NCBI GenBank assembly: GCA_947581825.1
Contig: CANPVP010000007.1
Span: forward strand, 7,543 to 71,542
Reading direction: 5' to 3'
Length of the DNA stretch: 64,000 nucleotides
From: an uncultured Clostridia bacterium
Lineage (GTDB): Bacteria; Bacillota; Clostridia; TANB77; CAG-508
Part shown: positions 39,123-51,670 of the stretch, piece after piece
How positions within the stretch are numbered: position 1 is the stretch's first letter
How the letters are laid out: each line of letters starts with the position of its first letter
Translations under genes and position numbers: made by a program
The notes under the pieces: generated by a model
What the model saw: the letters and a program-made list of their open reading frames with translations, nothing else
What the model was told of the DNA's origin: nothing
Database searches by the model: none

Positions 39123-39195
39123 GTAGGGACGACCAGTTGCTGAGGCTGTTAAGGCTTTGCCTGTTACAGCATCAGTATGCTGTGTAGGTCGCCCG
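39123..39195 (+). repeat. Roughly 73-nt structured repeat element, copy 1 (between the SRP RNA and dnaX).
   Basis: gtagggacgaccagttgctgaggctgttaaggctttgcctgttacagcatcagtatgctgtgtaggtcgcccg is about 90% identical to 41975-42047. Internal 10-bp stem ctga(g/t)gctgt/acagcatcag. Outer stem gggacgacc/ggtcgccc. Confidence 0.7.
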
Positions 39196-39278
39196 AATAA
39201 CAAAGAGCGGCAGAGATGTTAATTTATATTTAATGAATAATGAATGATGAATAATTAATGTAAAAGGAGGAAAACTCT

Positions 39279-40883
39279 TTGGAATATACAGCATTATACA
39301 GAAAATTCAGACCAACTACATTCAGTGAAATCGTTGGACAAGAACACATAACAAAAACACTAAAAAATCAAATAAATTCAGGAAGAGTGGGCCATGCTTA
39401 TTTATTTAATGGTGGACGTGGAACAGGAAAAACATCTGCAGCAAAAATATTAGCAAGAGCAGTAAATTGCTTAAATCCTAAAGATGGCGAACCTTGCAAT
39501 GAATGCGAAATTTGTAAGGGAATATTATCAGGTTCTCTAACAGATGTTGTTGAAATGGATGCTGCATCAAATAATAGTGTAGAAGATATAAGAAGTATAA
39601 GAGAAGAAGTTAACTTTTTACCAACACTTGCAAAATATAGAGTATATATAATAGATGAGGTTCATATGCTTTCAACAGGAGCTTTTAATGCTCTTCTAAA
39701 AACATTAGAAGAACCACCAGCTCATGTAAAATTTATATTAGCAACAACAGAACCACAAAAAATTCCAGCAACAATTTTATCACGTTGTCAAAGATTTGAT
39801 TTTAAGAAATTATCAACAGATAATATAATTAAAAGATTAAAAATTGTTTGTAAAGAGTCAAATATAGAAATTACACAAGAGGCTTTAACAACAATAGCTG
39901 TATTAGCAGAAGGTGCAATGAGAGATGCTTTATCTATTTTGGAAAGATGTTTGCAAGATGGCGATACTAATATAGATGAAAATAAAGTTAAAGATTTAGT
40001 TGGAATTCCAAAGCTTACATATGTAAGTAAAATGACAGAAGCTATAATAGATTATAATGTAGAAGAAGCTTTAAAAACAATTGACGAAGTCTTAGCAGAA
40101 GGTAAAGATATAAATAATTTATTATGGGAATTGATAAAATACACAAAAGATATATTAGTGTATAAAACAAGCAAAAATTTACAAATATATAGTAAGGATG
40201 AATTAGAATGTATCGAAAAGCTAGGGGAGAAAGCTTCTAAGGATAGATTATTAAATATGATTTATAAATTATCAGAATTAGAAAATAGCATTAAATGGTC
40301 AACTCAAAAAACAATAGTTTTTCAAACAGGAATTATAAAATTGTGCATAGAAACATCATCTAATTCTATTGAGGATTTAAATGATAGAGTTTCTAAAATA
40401 GAACAAGCAATAAGAAGCGGAGCCGTAGCACAAAGACAAAACAATGTAAAACCAACAAATAATGTGGATATGGCAAGAAAAACGGAAAATGTAATAACTA
40501 GAAAAATGCCTGAAAAAACAAGTATAGCAGCACAGGGAGATGGCACTTTAAATTGGCCATCAATAGTAAATGAATTTAAAGCAGATGGAAAAATTATGCT
40601 ATATACAAATTTAATAAATACAAATGCAAAAGAAATTGATGATATGACAGTTGGTATAGAATTTCCAAATGGTTTAACTAGCTTTGGAAAAACAGTTTTA
40701 GAAAAGCCAGAAAATATGCAAGAATTAGTAAAAGCAGTTTCTTTAGCAGCAGGAAAAACAATGAGAATAAAACTTATAGATTTAAAAGCAGGTAAAGCGA
40801 ATCAGTCAAGCAATAATACAGCATCATCAGGAAGTCAAAATGGTCTTGATAATTTAGATATACCAATTAATTTTATAGATTAA
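39279..40883 (+). CDS. dnaX: DNA polymerase III subunit gamma/tau.
   Basis: TTG start with AAAGGAGG RBS. MEYTALYRKFRP N-terminus. Walker A GGRGTGKTS. Zinc module CNECEIC. Clamp-loader motifs. Confidence 0.9.
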   Translation: MEYTALYRKFRPTTFSEIVGQEHITKTLKNQINSGRVGHAYLFNGGRGTGKTSAAKILARAVNCLNPKDGEPCNECEICKGILSGSLTDVVEMDAASNNSVEDIRSIREEVNFLPTLAKYRVYIIDEVHMLSTGAFNALLKTLEEPPAHVKFILATTEPQKIPATILSRCQRFDFKKLSTDNIIKRLKIVCKESNIEITQEALTTIAVLAEGAMRDALSILERCLQDGDTNIDENKVKDLVGIPKLTYVSKMTEAIIDYNVEEALKTIDEVLAEGKDINNLLWELIKYTKDILVYKTSKNLQIYSKDELECIEKLGEKASKDRLLNMIYKLSELENSIKWSTQKTIVFQTGIIKLCIETSSNSIEDLNDRVSKIEQAIRSGAVAQRQNNVKPTNNVDMARKTENVITRKMPEKTSIAAQGDGTLNWPSIVNEFKADGKIMLYTNLINTNAKEIDDMTVGIEFPNGLTSFGKTVLEKPENMQELVKAVSLAAGKTMRIKLIDLKAGKANQSSNNTASSGSQNGLDNLDIPINFID

Positions 40884-40901
40884 AATAAGGAGGTTTTTAT
40901 A

Positions 40902-41246
40902 ATGGGAAAAAGAGGTGGATTCCCAGGCGGTATGGGAGGATTTGGCGGAATGAACATCAACCAATTAATGAAAGAAGCTAAAAAAATGCAAGCAGATTTG
41001 GAAAAATCACAAGAAGAATTATCTGTACAAGAATTTGAAGCAACAGCAGGTGGAGGAGCTATTGTAGTAAAAGTTAGCGGAAATAAAGAAATTAAAAGTG
41101 TAAAAATAAAACCAGAAGTAATTGATCCAGAAGATGCTGAAATGCTAGAAGATTTAATCTTAACATGTACAAATGAAGCTTTAAGAAAGGTAGATGCAGC
41201 TCAAGCTTCAGCAATGGGAAAATATAATATACCTGGATTAATGTAG
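40902..41246 (+). CDS. ybaB: Nucleoid-associated protein YbaB/EbfC.
   Basis: 114 aa. Gly-rich N-terminus GGMGGFGGMNINQLMKEAKKMQ. Conserved dnaX-ybaB-recR synteny. Confidence 0.85.
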   Translation: MGKRGGFPGGMGGFGGMNINQLMKEAKKMQADLEKSQEELSVQEFEATAGGGAIVVKVSGNKEIKSVKIKPEVIDPEDAEMLEDLILTCTNEALRKVDAAQASAMGKYNIPGLM

Positions 41247-41265
41247 AAAAAGGATGTGAAAAAAT

Positions 41266-41868
41266 ATGTCGTACTATTCACCTTCAGTAGAAAAATTAAT
41301 AGAAGCTTTTGAAAGGTTACCTAGTATAGGAAATAAGACGGCAATAAGATTGGCTTTTCATATGTTAAATGCAAGCCAAGAAGAAATTAATGAGTTTACA
41401 TCAGCAATTATAAATGCAAAGAAGAATCTAAAATATTGTTCTATTTGTTATAATATATCAGATACTGATCCATGTCCTATATGTGGAAATGCTAAAAGAG
41501 ACGCCACATCAATTTGCGTAGTAGAAGATGTAAGAGATGTTATTGCTATGGAGAGAACTCATGAATTTAAAGGAACATATCATGTTTTGCATGGTTCTAT
41601 ATCTCCAATGAATGGAATAGGACCAGAAGATATAAAAATAAAAGAATTATTAAATAGAATAAATGAAAATCCAAATATAAAAGAAATAATACTTGCAACA
41701 AACCCTAGGGTAGAAGGCGAAGCAACAGCTATGTATATATCAAAATTAATAAAACCACTAGGCATAAAAGTTACAAGAATAGCACATGGAATTCCTGTAG
41801 GAGGAGACTTAGAATATACAGACGAAATTACATTAATGAAAGCTTTTGAAGGAAGAAGAGAATTGTAA
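41266..41868 (+). CDS. recR: Recombination protein RecR.
   Basis: 200 aa. HhH N-terminus [18 protein letters not shown]4 zinc finger [16 protein letters not shown]. Toprim region. Confidence 0.9.
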   Translation: MSYYSPSVEKLIEAFERLPSIGNKTAIRLAFHMLNASQEEINEFTSAIINAKKNLKYCSICYNISDTDPCPICGNAKRDATSICVVEDVRDVIAMERTHEFKGTYHVLHGSISPMNGIGPEDIKIKELLNRINENPNIKEIILATNPRVEGEATAMYISKLIKPLGIKVTRIAHGIPVGGDLEYTDEITLMKAFEGRREL

Positions 41869-41974
41869 AAATAATTTAATGAATGATGAATAATGAATAA
41901 TTTTTATTTTAAATTATACATTATTCATTTTTAATTATTAAATATTAATTGCAATGCGAATGCATTGCACAACC

Positions 41975-42047
41975 GTAGGGGCAATCAGTTGCTGATGCTG
42001 TTAAGGCTCTGCCTGTTACAGCATCAGTATGCTGTGCAGGTCGCCCG
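41975..42047 (+). repeat. Roughly 73-nt structured repeat element, copy 2. It doubles as the recR operon terminator (followed by T6GT5).
   Basis: gtaggggcaatcagttgctgatgctgttaaggctctgcctgttacagcatcagtatgctgtgcaggtcgcccg followed by ttttttgttttt. Confidence 0.7.
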
Positions 42048-42092
42048 TTTTTTGTTTTTACGAAAAAATCCTTATTTCCGTAGTAAAAATCG

Positions 42093-42122
42093 TTGACAAG
42101 CCAGACAAAAATATGATATAAT
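42093..42122 (+). promoter_or_regulatory. Sigma-A promoter with extended -10, upstream of rpoB. It predicts a roughly 250-nt leader.
   Basis: TTGACA (42093-42098), 18-nt spacer, tgaTATAAT (-10 at 42117-42122 with a TG-1-TATAAT arrangement). Confidence 0.6.
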
Positions 42123-42372
42123 ATCACCTGCATAAAATGCAAAAAAGTTTATAATCTTAGTAAATTTATAGAGAAGAGGAATTAAATATATATGCTTTTA
42201 AGCTTTTTAATAAAGAGTTAAGCAGGTCTTTAAAGAAAAACATAAAACTATATATTTGAGAAGGACTTCTTTATATTATTTATAAATCTATATTTTCTAA
42301 GTAATTCATTACGAAGAAGATTTTAGTTCAAAATTTTTTAATTCCTGCTATATTTTATTTCAAGAGACAGGG

Positions 42373-45300
42373 GTGATTTGTTTGGTAAAAGATATCAAAC
42401 ACGAAAAATGCGTACGTAAAACGTTCGCAAAGGTTGGAGACACTATAGAAATGCCTAACCTTATTAAAGTCCAAAAAGATTCATACGATTGGTTCATTAA
42501 AGAAGGACTAGGAGAAGTCCTAAGAGATATTTCACCAATAATAGACTATTCAGGAAATCTTGTATTAGAATTTTTTGACTATTATATGGAGGATAAAACA
42601 AAATATTCTTTAGAAGAATCTAAAGAAAGAGATGCAACATATTCTACAAGATTACATGTAAAAGTTAGATTAATAAACCGTGAAACAGGTGAAATTAAAG
42701 AACAAGAAATCTATTTAGGTGATTTCCCACTTATGACAGATAGCGGAACTTTCGTAATCAATGGTGCAGAAAGAGTTGTAGTAAGTCAATTAGTTCGTTC
42801 ACCAGGATGTTATTATGCATCAGATTTCGATAAAACAGGAAAGCAAATTTTCACATCAACAGTAATGCCAATAAGAGGAGCTTGGATAGAATATGAAACA
42901 GATGCAAATGATATTTTCTATGCAAGAGTTGATAGAACTAGAAAATTGCCTGTAACATGTTTATTAAGAGCAATAGGTATTGCAACAGATCAACAAATAA
43001 TAGATTTATTTGGAGAAGAAGATAAAATTATTGCAACAATTAATAAAGATCCAATCAAAACTCAAGATGAAGCTTTAATAGAAATTTATAAAAAATTAAG
43101 ACCAGGAGAATTACCTACAGTTGATGCTGCTAGAAATTTATTTAATGGATTATTCTTCGATTCAAGAAGATATGATTTAGCAAAAGTAGGTAGATATAAA
43201 TTTAATCAAAAATTAAATCTAGCACACAGAATAACAAATCAAATAGCTTTTTCAGATATAATTGATCCTGAAACAGGAGAAGTATTAGTTGAAAAAGATA
43301 TGCCAATACCAAAGGATGTAGCAAGACAAATACAAGATTTAGGAATAAATATTGTAGATGTTAAAGTTTCTGATAAAAAAGTTAGAATAATTGGTAACGG
43401 AACAGTAGATATAAAGAAATTTGTAGATGAAGATTTAAGCGATTTAAATATTAAAGAAGATGTAAATTATGAAGTGTTAAAAAGTATCTTAGATACAACA
43501 GATGCTAAAGACTTAAAGAAAGTAATAAAAGAAAGAATAGAAGAATTATTACCAAAACATATAACAACAGAAGATATGATTGCATCAGTTAACTATCTAT
43601 TGAATTTACAACATGGATTAGGTAAAGTAGATGATATTGATCACTTAGGAAATAGACGTATTAGATGTGTTGGTGAATTATTACAAAATCAATTTAGAAT
43701 TGGTTTAACAAGATTAGAAAGAGTTGTTAGAGAAAGAATGACAATTCAAGACTTAGATGTTGTTACTCCTCAAACTTTAATAAACACAAAACCAATAACA
43801 TCATCAATTAGAGAATTCTTCGGAAGTTCTCAATTGTCACAATTTATGGATCAAACAAACCCATTATCAGAATTAACACATAAAAGAAGAATATCAGCAT
43901 TAGGACCTGGAGGTCTTTCAAGAGAAAGAGCTGGATTCGAAGTAAGAGACGTTCACTATACTCACTATGGAAGACTATGTCCAATAGAATCTCCAGAAGG
44001 TCCAAACATAGGACTTATATCAGCACTTTCATCTTTTGCTGTAATAAATGAATATGGATTTGTTGAAACACCATATAGAAAAATAGATCCTGTAACAAGA
44101 GTTGTAACAGATGAAATTGAATATATGACAGCAGATGTTGAGGATGACTACATAATAGCACAAGCAAAAGAACCAATAGGACCAGATGGAAAATTGGCAA
44201 ATAAAAAGATAAAAGTTAGATACTTAGATGAAGTTACAGAAGTTCCAGCTGATAAAGTAGATTACTTAGATGTATCACCAAAACAATTAGTTTCAGTAGG
44301 AGCAGCAATGATACCTTTCTTAGAGCATGATGATGCTAACCGTGCGTTAATGGGTGCAAACATGCAACGTCAAGCAGTACCTTTGATGATAACAGATTCA
44401 CCAATAGTAGGAACAGGTATAGAATACAGAGCAGCAAAAGACTCTGGAATAATGATATTAGCAAAATCAAATGGTGTTATCCAAAAGGTAACAGGTGATG
44501 AAATCACATTAAAAACAGACAAAGGTGAAACAGAAACTTATAAATTACGTAAATTTAAAAGAACTAATGGTGGAACATGTATAAACCAAAGACCTATAGT
44601 TGTTAAAGGAGAAAAAGTTAAAGCAGGAGATGTTATTGCAGACGGACCTTCAACAGATAAAGGTGAAATGGCTTTAGGAAAGAACGTAATAATAGCTTTC
44701 ACAACTTGGGAAGGTTATAACTACGAGGATGCTATTCTATTAAATGAAAGATTAGTAAAAGAAGATGTTTATACATCAATTCACATTGAAGAATACGATT
44801 GTGAATGTAGAGATACAAAATTAGGACCAGAAGAAATAACAAGAGATATTCCAAATGTTGGAGAAGACAGCTTAAAAGACTTAGACGAAAATGGAATTAT
44901 AAGAATAGGTGCAGAAGTAAGACCTGGAGATATATTAGTTGGTAAAGTTACTCCAAAGGGAGAAACAGAATTAACAGCAGAAGAAAGATTACTTCGTGCT
45001 ATATTTGGAGAAAAAGCTAGAGAAGTTAGAGATACATCTTTACGTGTACCACATGGAGAAGCAGGAACAATAGTAGATATAAAAATATTTACTAGAGAAA
45101 ATTCAGATGAATTAGGACCTGGTGTAAATCAAGTAATAAGATGTTATATAGCTCAAAAAAGAAAAATATCTGTTGGAGATAAAATGGCTGGACGTCATGG
45201 TAACAAAGGTGTTATTTCAAGAATATTACCAGAAGAAGATATGCCATTTATGCCAGATGGAACTCCAGTAGATGTTGTGCTTAACCCATTAGGTGTACCA

Positions 45301-46092
45301 TCTCGTATGAATTTAGGTCAAGTTTTAGAGGTACATTTAGGAGCAGCTGCAAAAGCTTTAGGATGGAAAATTGCAACACCAGTTTTCGATGGAGCAAAAG
45401 AATACGAAATAACTGAATTGCTAGAAAAAGCAGGAAGAACACCAGATGGAAAAACTATACTTTATGATGGTAGAACAGGAGAGCCATTTGATAAACCAAT
45501 TACTGTTGGAGTTATGTACATGCTTAAACTTCACCACTTAGTTGATGATAAAATACATGCTCGTTCAACAGGACCATACTCACTAGTAACACAACAACCA
45601 TTAGGAGGTAAAGCTCAATTTGGTGGACAACGTTTTGGAGAAATGGAAGTTTGGGCTCTAGAAGCATATGGAGCAGCACATACGCTACAAGAAATATTAA
45701 CAGTAAAATCAGATGATGTTGTAGGAAGAGTAAAAACATATGAAGCAATAGTTAAAGGCGAAAATATACCAGAACCAGGAGTGCCAGAAAGCTTTAAAGT
45801 TTTAATAAAAGAACTTCAAAGTTTAGGTCTAGATGTAAGATTATATTCTGAAAACGATAAAGAGCTTGAATTAAAAGAACATGTAGATGAAGGAATTGAT
45901 TTTGATATAGACAAAAATGACAGTTTAACTGGAGAAGATGTTTTAGTTAATAACGAGTTAGAAGAAGGATACAGTGAAGAATCTGAAGATGCATTAGCAA
46001 CAGATGAATTATACGAAAATGATGAGATAGAAGAAGAATTTGATGAGGATTTTAATGAGGATGAGTTGATTATTGATGACGACGAGTTGTAG
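42373..46092 (+). CDS. rpoB: DNA-directed RNA polymerase subunit beta. Start is GTG 42373 or TTG 42382.
   Basis: 1,239 aa with hallmark RpoB regions ([49 protein letters not shown]). Acidic C-terminal tail. Confidence 0.95.
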   Translation: MICLVKDIKHEKCVRKTFAKVGDTIEMPNLIKVQKDSYDWFIKEGLGEVLRDISPIIDYSGNLVLEFFDYYMEDKTKYSLEESKERDATYSTRLHVKVRLINRETGEIKEQEIYLGDFPLMTDSGTFVINGAERVVVSQLVRSPGCYYASDFDKTGKQIFTSTVMPIRGAWIEYETDANDIFYARVDRTRKLPVTCLLRAIGIATDQQIIDLFGEEDKIIATINKDPIKTQDEALIEIYKKLRPGELPTVDAARNLFNGLFFDSRRYDLAKVGRYKFNQKLNLAHRITNQIAFSDIIDPETGEVLVEKDMPIPKDVARQIQDLGINIVDVKVSDKKVRIIGNGTVDIKKFVDEDLSDLNIKEDVNYEVLKSILDTTDAKDLKKVIKERIEELLPKHITTEDMIASVNYLLNLQHGLGKVDDIDHLGNRRIRCVGELLQNQFRIGLTRLERVVRERMTIQDLDVVTPQTLINTKPITSSIREFFGSSQLSQFMDQTNPLSELTHKRRISALGPGGLSRERAGFEVRDVHYTHYGRLCPIESPEGPNIGLISALSSFAVINEYGFVETPYRKIDPVTRVVTDEIEYMTADVEDDYIIAQAKEPIGPDGKLANKKIKVRYLDEVTEVPADKVDYLDVSPKQLVSVGAAMIPFLEHDDANRALMGANMQRQAVPLMITDSPIVGTGIEYRAAKDSGIMILAKSNGVIQKVTGDEITLKTDKGETETYKLRKFKRTNGGTCINQRPIVVKGEKVKAGDVIADGPSTDKGEMALGKNVIIAFTTWEGYNYEDAILLNERLVKEDVYTSIHIEEYDCECRDTKLGPEEITRDIPNVGEDSLKDLDENGIIRIGAEVRPGDILVGKVTPKGETELTAEERLLRAIFGEKAREVRDTSLRVPHGEAGTIVDIKIFTRENSDELGPGVNQVIRCYIAQKRKISVGDKMAGRHGNKGVISRILPEEDMPFMPDGTPVDVVLNPLGVPSRMNLGQVLEVHLGAAAKALGWKIATPVFDGAKEYEITELLEKAGRTPDGKTILYDGRTGEPFDKPITVGVMYMLKLHHLVDDKIHARSTGPYSLVTQQPLGGKAQFGGQRFGEMEVWALEAYGAAHTLQEILTVKSDDVVGRVKTYEAIVKGENIPEPGVPESFKVLIKELQSLGLDVRLYSENDKELELKEHVDEGIDFDIDKNDSLTGEDVLVNNELEEGYSEESEDALATDELYENDEIEEEFDEDFNEDELIIDDDEL

Positions 46093-46469
46093 TGACGTTT
46101 GAAAAATAATCAGTATCTTGCGTTGTTAGACTTCATTTGGAATCAAATCAAAGTACACGCGTACGCCTCATTGATTTCAAAATCGTCTGCCTAGCAATAT
46201 ACTAATTCTTTTCCAAACTTAATCATCAAAAAATATTAGAAAAATCAAATTAAAAATAATTAAATAATCTCTAAATTAAATTTAATTACTAATCCGATGG
46301 AATTGTTCGAGCAGTGTATGGTAATTAAAGAGAATTTAGAAAAAGAAAATTATGTAGGGGCGATTATCAATCGCTCGTACACAAAATAACATATGGAGAT
46401 GTTATTTTGTTCATATCTATAATTTTAGATAACCACTGTAAATTAAAACAATAGTTGTGAATAGTAACA

Positions 46470-49400
46470 TTGAAGGATTTTCAAGGAGGGAAAATTTTCG
46501 TGAACGAAGAATTAGAATTATTTGATAAATTAAAAATAGGACTTGCTTCAGATGAAAAAATAAGAGAATGGTCAAAGGGAGAGGTAAAAAAACCTGAGAC
46601 AATAAATTATAGAACTTTAAAACCAGAAAAAGATGGACTTTTCTGTGAAAGAATATTTGGACCAACAAAAGACTGGGAATGTCATTGTGGTAAATATAAA
46701 AGAGTAAGATATAAAGGAATTGTTTGTGATAGATGTGGTGTTGAAGTAACTAAATCAAAAGTTAGAAGAGAGAGAATGGGACATATAGAACTTGCTGCAC
46801 CAGTTGCACATATCTGGTATTTTAAAGGAATACCAAGTAGGGTAGCCTTAATGCTTGATATATCACCAAGAAGTTTGGAAAAGGTTATATATTTTGCATC
46901 ATACATAGTAACAGATAAAGGAACATCAGGACTAACAAAATGTCAAGTATTAACAGAAAAAGAATATGTTGAAGCTGTAGAGAAATACGGAAAGGGTAGC
47001 TTCAAAGCAGAAATGGGAGCTGAAGCTATCAGAAAATTATTAGCTGAAATTGATTTAGAGAAATTATCAGCTAAGCTAAAAAAAGAAGTAGAAAAAGCAA
47101 GTGAGCAAAAGAAAGTCAAATTAATTAAAAGATTAGATACTGTAGAGTCATTTAAATTATCAGGAAACAAACCAGAATGGATGATAATGAATGTTATTCC
47201 TGTAATTCCACCAGAATTAAGACCAATGGTTCAATTAGATGGTGGTAGATTCGCTACATCAGACTTAAATGATTTATATAGAAGAGTTATAAATAGAAAT
47301 AACAGATTAAAAAGATTGTTAGAATTAGGAGCACCAGAGATTATTGTAAGAAATGAAAAGAGAATGTTACAAGAATCTGTTGATGCGTTAATAGATAACG
47401 GTAGACGTGGTAGACCAGTAACAGGTGCTGGAAATAGACCATTAAAATCATTATCAGATATGTTAAAAGGAAAACAAGGAAGATTTAGACAAAACCTATT
47501 AGGTAAGCGTGTTGACTATTCAGGACGTTCAGTTATAGTTGTAGGACCAGAATTAAAAATATATCAATGTGGTTTACCAAAAGAAATGGCAGTAGAATTA
47601 TTTAAACCTTTTGTTATGAAAGAATTAGTAGGTCGTGGAATTGCACATAACATAAAGAATGCAAAAAGAATGGTAGAAAAGTTAAGACCAGAAGTATGGG
47701 ATATACTAGAAGAAGTTATTAAAGATCATCCAGTAATGTTAAACCGTGCTCCAACACTTCACAGACTTGGTATTCAAGCTTTTGAGCCAATATTAGTAGA
47801 AGGTAGAGCAATAAAACTTCACCCATTAGTTTGTACAGCTTTCAATGCTGACTTCGATGGTGACCAAATGGCTGTACACGTTCCATTATCACCAGAAGCA
47901 CAAGCAGAAGCAAGATATTTAATGTTATCAGTAAACAACTTATTAAAACCACAAGATGGTAAACCAGTTACAGTACCTACACAAGATATGATTCTTGGAA
48001 GTTACTACTTAACAATGCAAGTTGATGGAGAATATGGAGAAGGTATGTACTTTAAAGATCCAGAAGAAGCTTTACTTGCATATCAAAATGGTGATGTAGG
48101 ATTACATGCTAAAGTAAAAATAAGAATGTCTAAAGAAATTGATGGAGAAATAAAAACAAAAACTATAGAATCAACAGTTGGTAGACTAATATACAATCAA
48201 GGAATACCACAAGACATAGGTTTTGTAGATAGAACAAATCCAGAAAACGAATTTAACTTAGAAATAGATTTCCCAGTTATAAAGAAAAACTTAGGAACTA
48301 TAGTTGCAAAATGTATTACAAAACATGGTTTAAGTAAAACAGCAGAAGTGCTAGATTATATTAAAGCTACAGGTTTCAAATATTCAACAAAAGGAGCTAT
48401 AACAGTTAGTGTTGCTGACGTTAGTGTTCCTGAGAAGAAAAAAGAAATATTAGCACAAGCAGAAGAACAAGTTGATAATATAATTAAACAATACAGACGT
48501 GGTTTAATAACAGAAGAAGAAAGATATTCTTCAATAATAAAAATATGGGAAAAAGTAACAAATGATGTTACAGAAGCTATGAAAGAAAACTTTGATGAAT
48601 TAAACCCAATATACATGATGGCACAATCAGGAGCCAGAGGTAATATGAACCAATTAAGACAAATTGCAGGTATGCGTGGTCTTATGGCAAACACATCAGG
48701 TAAAGCAGTTGAAATACCAATTAAGGCATGTTTTAGGGAAGGATTAGATGCTCTTGAGTATTTCATTTCATCACATGGTGCTAGAAAGGGTCTTGCAGAT
48801 ACAGCTTTAAGAACAGCCGATTCAGGCTATCTAACAAGAAGATTAGTTGATGTAAGTCAGGAAATAATTATTAGAGAAAAAGATTGTGGAACACATGATG
48901 GTATTGTAATTTCAGATATAAAAGATGGAAATCAAATAATAGAGAAATTACAAGAAAGATTAGAAGGAAGATATGCAGTAGAAGATGTAATAGATCCTAA
49001 TACAAACGAAGTAATTGTAGATACAAACACAATGATAAATGATAAAATTGCTGAAAAAATTGTAAAAGCAGGAATTACAGAAGTAAAAGTTCGTTCAGCA
49101 CTAGGTTGTAGAGCAAAACACGGTGTTTGTAGCAAATGTTATGGTATGGGACTTGCAACAAGAGAAGATGTTGCAATAGGAGAGGCTGTTGGTATTATTG
49201 CAGCTCAATCAATAGGTGAACCTGGTACACAGCTTACAATGAGAACTTTCCACATGGGAGGTGTTGCTGGAGGAGATATTACACAAGGTCTTCCTAGAGT
49301 TGAAGAATTGTTCGAAGCAAGAAAACCAAAGGGACTTGCAATTATAACAGAAATAGCAGGAACTGTAAAAGTAGAAAATGATAAGAAGAAAAAAGAAGTT

Positions 49401-50036
49401 ATTGTTACATCAAAAGATAATTCTAAAACATATACAATTCCTTTTGGATCAAAATTAAAAGTAAAAGATGGAGACGAAGTAAAAGCAGGAGATCCTCTAA
49501 CAGAAGGATCTATAAACCCAAATGAAATCTTAGCAATAAATGGACCTGAAGGAGTATATAAATATTTAATTCAAGAAGTTCAAAAAGTTTATAGAAACCA
49601 AGGTGTTGATATAAACGATAAGCACATCGAAGTTATTGGTAGACAAATGCTTAAGAAAGTAAGAGTAGACGATAATGGAGATACAAACTTATTCCCAGGT
49701 TCATTAGTAGACATGTATGAATTTGAAGATAAAAATAATGAAGCAATAAAAGAAGGAAAGAGACCAGCTACAGGAAAGAGAGCTTTACTTGGAATTACAA
49801 AAGCATCACTTGCTACAGAAAGCTTCTTGTCAGCGGCATCATTCCAAGAAACAACAAGAGTACTTACAGAAGCAGCAATAAAAGGAAAAGTAGACCCATT
49901 AATAGGATTAAAAGAAAATGTTATTATTGGTAAACTTATTCCTGCAGGAACTGGAATGAGCATATATAAAAATATAACTATAAATACAGAACAAAAACAG
50001 GAAGAAGAAAATAATGAAAATGTTGTAAATGAATAA
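46470..50036 (+). CDS. rpoC: DNA-directed RNA polymerase subunit beta'. The ORF is open from 46470. The likely true start is the in-frame GTG about 30 nt downstream, preceded by AAGGAGGG, giving [24 protein letters not shown].
   Basis: Zn-finger [20 protein letters not shown]. Catalytic NADFDGD. Conserved blocks throughout the 1,188 aa. Confidence 0.95.
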   Translation: MKDFQGGKIFVNEELELFDKLKIGLASDEKIREWSKGEVKKPETINYRTLKPEKDGLFCERIFGPTKDWECHCGKYKRVRYKGIVCDRCGVEVTKSKVRRERMGHIELAAPVAHIWYFKGIPSRVALMLDISPRSLEKVIYFASYIVTDKGTSGLTKCQVLTEKEYVEAVEKYGKGSFKAEMGAEAIRKLLAEIDLEKLSAKLKKEVEKASEQKKVKLIKRLDTVESFKLSGNKPEWMIMNVIPVIPPELRPMVQLDGGRFATSDLNDLYRRVINRNNRLKRLLELGAPEIIVRNEKRMLQESVDALIDNGRRGRPVTGAGNRPLKSLSDMLKGKQGRFRQNLLGKRVDYSGRSVIVVGPELKIYQCGLPKEMAVELFKPFVMKELVGRGIAHNIKNAKRMVEKLRPEVWDILEEVIKDHPVMLNRAPTLHRLGIQAFEPILVEGRAIKLHPLVCTAFNADFDGDQMAVHVPLSPEAQAEARYLMLSVNNLLKPQDGKPVTVPTQDMILGSYYLTMQVDGEYGEGMYFKDPEEALLAYQNGDVGLHAKVKIRMSKEIDGEIKTKTIESTVGRLIYNQGIPQDIGFVDRTNPENEFNLEIDFPVIKKNLGTIVAKCITKHGLSKTAEVLDYIKATGFKYSTKGAITVSVADVSVPEKKKEILAQAEEQVDNIIKQYRRGLITEEERYSSIIKIWEKVTNDVTEAMKENFDELNPIYMMAQSGARGNMNQLRQIAGMRGLMANTSGKAVEIPIKACFREGLDALEYFISSHGARKGLADTALRTADSGYLTRRLVDVSQEIIIREKDCGTHDGIVISDIKDGNQIIEKLQERLEGRYAVEDVIDPNTNEVIVDTNTMINDKIAEKIVKAGITEVKVRSALGCRAKHGVCSKCYGMGLATREDVAIGEAVGIIAAQSIGEPGTQLTMRTFHMGGVAGGDITQGLPRVEELFEARKPKGLAIITEIAGTVKVENDKKKKEVIVTSKDNSKTYTIPFGSKLKVKDGDEVKAGDPLTEGSINPNEILAINGPEGVYKYLIQEVQKVYRNQGVDINDKHIEVIGRQMLKKVRVDDNGDTNLFPGSLVDMYEFEDKNNEAIKEGKRPATGKRALLGITKASLATESFLSAASFQETTRVLTEAAIKGKVDPLIGLKENVIIGKLIPAGTGMSIYKNITINTEQKQEEENNENVVNE

Positions 50037-50054
50037 AAAGCTCAATACAATATA

Positions 50055-50092
50055 AAAACCTTTTGGAGCAAAGTCTCTGAGAGGTTTTTTAT
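50055..50092 (+). terminator. Rho-independent terminator downstream of rpoC.
   Basis: aaaaacctttggagcaaagtctctgagaggtttttt: imperfect hairpin plus a T6 run. Confidence 0.6.
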
Positions 50093-50283
50093 ATTGTAGA
50101 AAAAATTTTTAATATTGTTTTAATATATTTCGTATATATATAAGAAATCTAGAGAGTAGTTGTGCGTAAGAAAATCTTAATTGAGGATTTTTACGATGCG
50201 AAAATTGTAACAAAAATGTTGCTATTTTTTTATATATTTGTTATACTTGTAATACTTATTCAAAAATAACAAATGATTAGGGA

Positions 50284-51633
50284 GTGACGGATTTGAGAGA
50301 AATTTTAGAAAAACAAAAGAAAAAACATAAAAGGAAAAAACTGAAAATAATTTTACTAATAATTTTGATAATAATAATTGCAATAGTAGGGTTTATTGTA
50401 TATAGAACACAAAAAAATGGTGGAGGAATGAGAGGATTCCTAGCTACAATGCTTGGACATAATGAACATACACTAGAAAAGCTAGATGAGTTATTTGTAC
50501 TAATTGTCGGGGAAAGTAATGGAATGACAGACACAATTATGTTGTGCTCATACGACCCTAAAACGCAAGAGGCTTCAATGCTTTCAATACCTAGAGATAC
50601 TTTTATAGGAGAAAATAAATCAATTGCAACAGCTTCAGATAAAATAAATTCTATATATAATAGTAGAGGGTTGGAAGGTTTAGTAGAAAAAGTAGAAAAA
50701 CTGACTAATATCGAAATACCTTACTATGTAAAAGTAGATACAGCAGGTTTAAAATCTTTAGTTGATACTATAGGTGGTGTAAATTTCGAAGTGCCAATGG
50801 ATATGGATTATGATGATAATAAACAAAATTTACACATTCATCTTAAAAAAGGATATCAACTTCTTGACGGAGATAAATCAGAACAGGTTGTTAGATTCAG
50901 ACATAACAATGATGGAACGAGTTATCCAGTAGAATATGGTGATAACGACTATGGAAGAATGAAAACTCAAAGAGAATTCTTAAAAGCAGTGTTACATCAA
51001 ACTATAAAATTAGGAAATGTAATGAAAATAAAAGAATTCATAGACATAGGAAAAAAATATGTCACAACTAATATAAATGTAAAATTTATTAAAGATTATA
51101 TACCTTATGTTATAGACTTCAAACTAGGGGATTTAAAAACTGCAACTCTTCCTGGTGCATCAGAAAAATGTAACGGAGTTTGGATTTTTCTACATAATGA
51201 ACAGCAAACAAAAAAGATAATAGATGAGATGTTTTTATCAATAAAAGGTAAAGATGATGATATAGAAGATGATAAAAATGATAATAAAAATAACACAACT
51301 GAAAACGGTATAGTAGATACAGATATACATGCAAATGAGATAGCAGATGCTAAACCAGTAAAATCAAATGGAATAAAAGTAGAACTTGTTAATGGAGCAC
51401 CAACCAAAAATCAACTTAATAGAATGAAGAACATATTAGAAAAAGCAGGATATACAATTGTAAATACAAAAACTACAAGCAAAACAGAGAAAACAAAGAT
51501 AATAAATAAAAAGAATTTATCAGACAGCAAATTGAACAAATTAAAAGATACAATTGGAGTAGGAAATTTGAGCAATGAGCCAGATAAAAAATCTAAAGTA
51601 GATGTATCAATAATAATAGGAAATGATTTTTAA
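50284..51633 (+). CDS. LytR-CpsA-Psr (LCP) family cell-envelope phosphotransferase. The start is uncertain and TTG 50293 is possible.
   Basis: N-terminal basic segment plus TM helix. LCP core LIVGESNGMTDTIMLCSYDPKTQEASMLSIPRDTF...VKVDTAGLKSLVDTIGGVNFEVP...QVVRFRHNNDG...DYGRMKTQREFLKA. Confidence 0.8.
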   Translation: MTDLREILEKQKKKHKRKKLKIILLIILIIIIAIVGFIVYRTQKNGGGMRGFLATMLGHNEHTLEKLDELFVLIVGESNGMTDTIMLCSYDPKTQEASMLSIPRDTFIGENKSIATASDKINSIYNSRGLEGLVEKVEKLTNIEIPYYVKVDTAGLKSLVDTIGGVNFEVPMDMDYDDNKQNLHIHLKKGYQLLDGDKSEQVVRFRHNNDGTSYPVEYGDNDYGRMKTQREFLKAVLHQTIKLGNVMKIKEFIDIGKKYVTTNINVKFIKDYIPYVIDFKLGDLKTATLPGASEKCNGVWIFLHNEQQTKKIIDEMFLSIKGKDDDIEDDKNDNKNNTTENGIVDTDIHANEIADAKPVKSNGIKVELVNGAPTKNQLNRMKNILEKAGYTIVNTKTTSKTEKTKIINKKNLSDSKLNKLKDTIGVGNLSNEPDKKSKVDVSIIIGNDF

Positions 51634-51670
51634 TCATTTCCTATTATCTTATATTAACTTAACATATGTA

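Noticed and set aside
40322-40546. Short minus-strand ORFs inside dnaX, rpoB, rpoC and recR (40322-40546, 44015-44200, 45524-45748, 48356-48766 and others).
   Set aside because: They are antisense to highly conserved housekeeping genes and have no start or RBS context.
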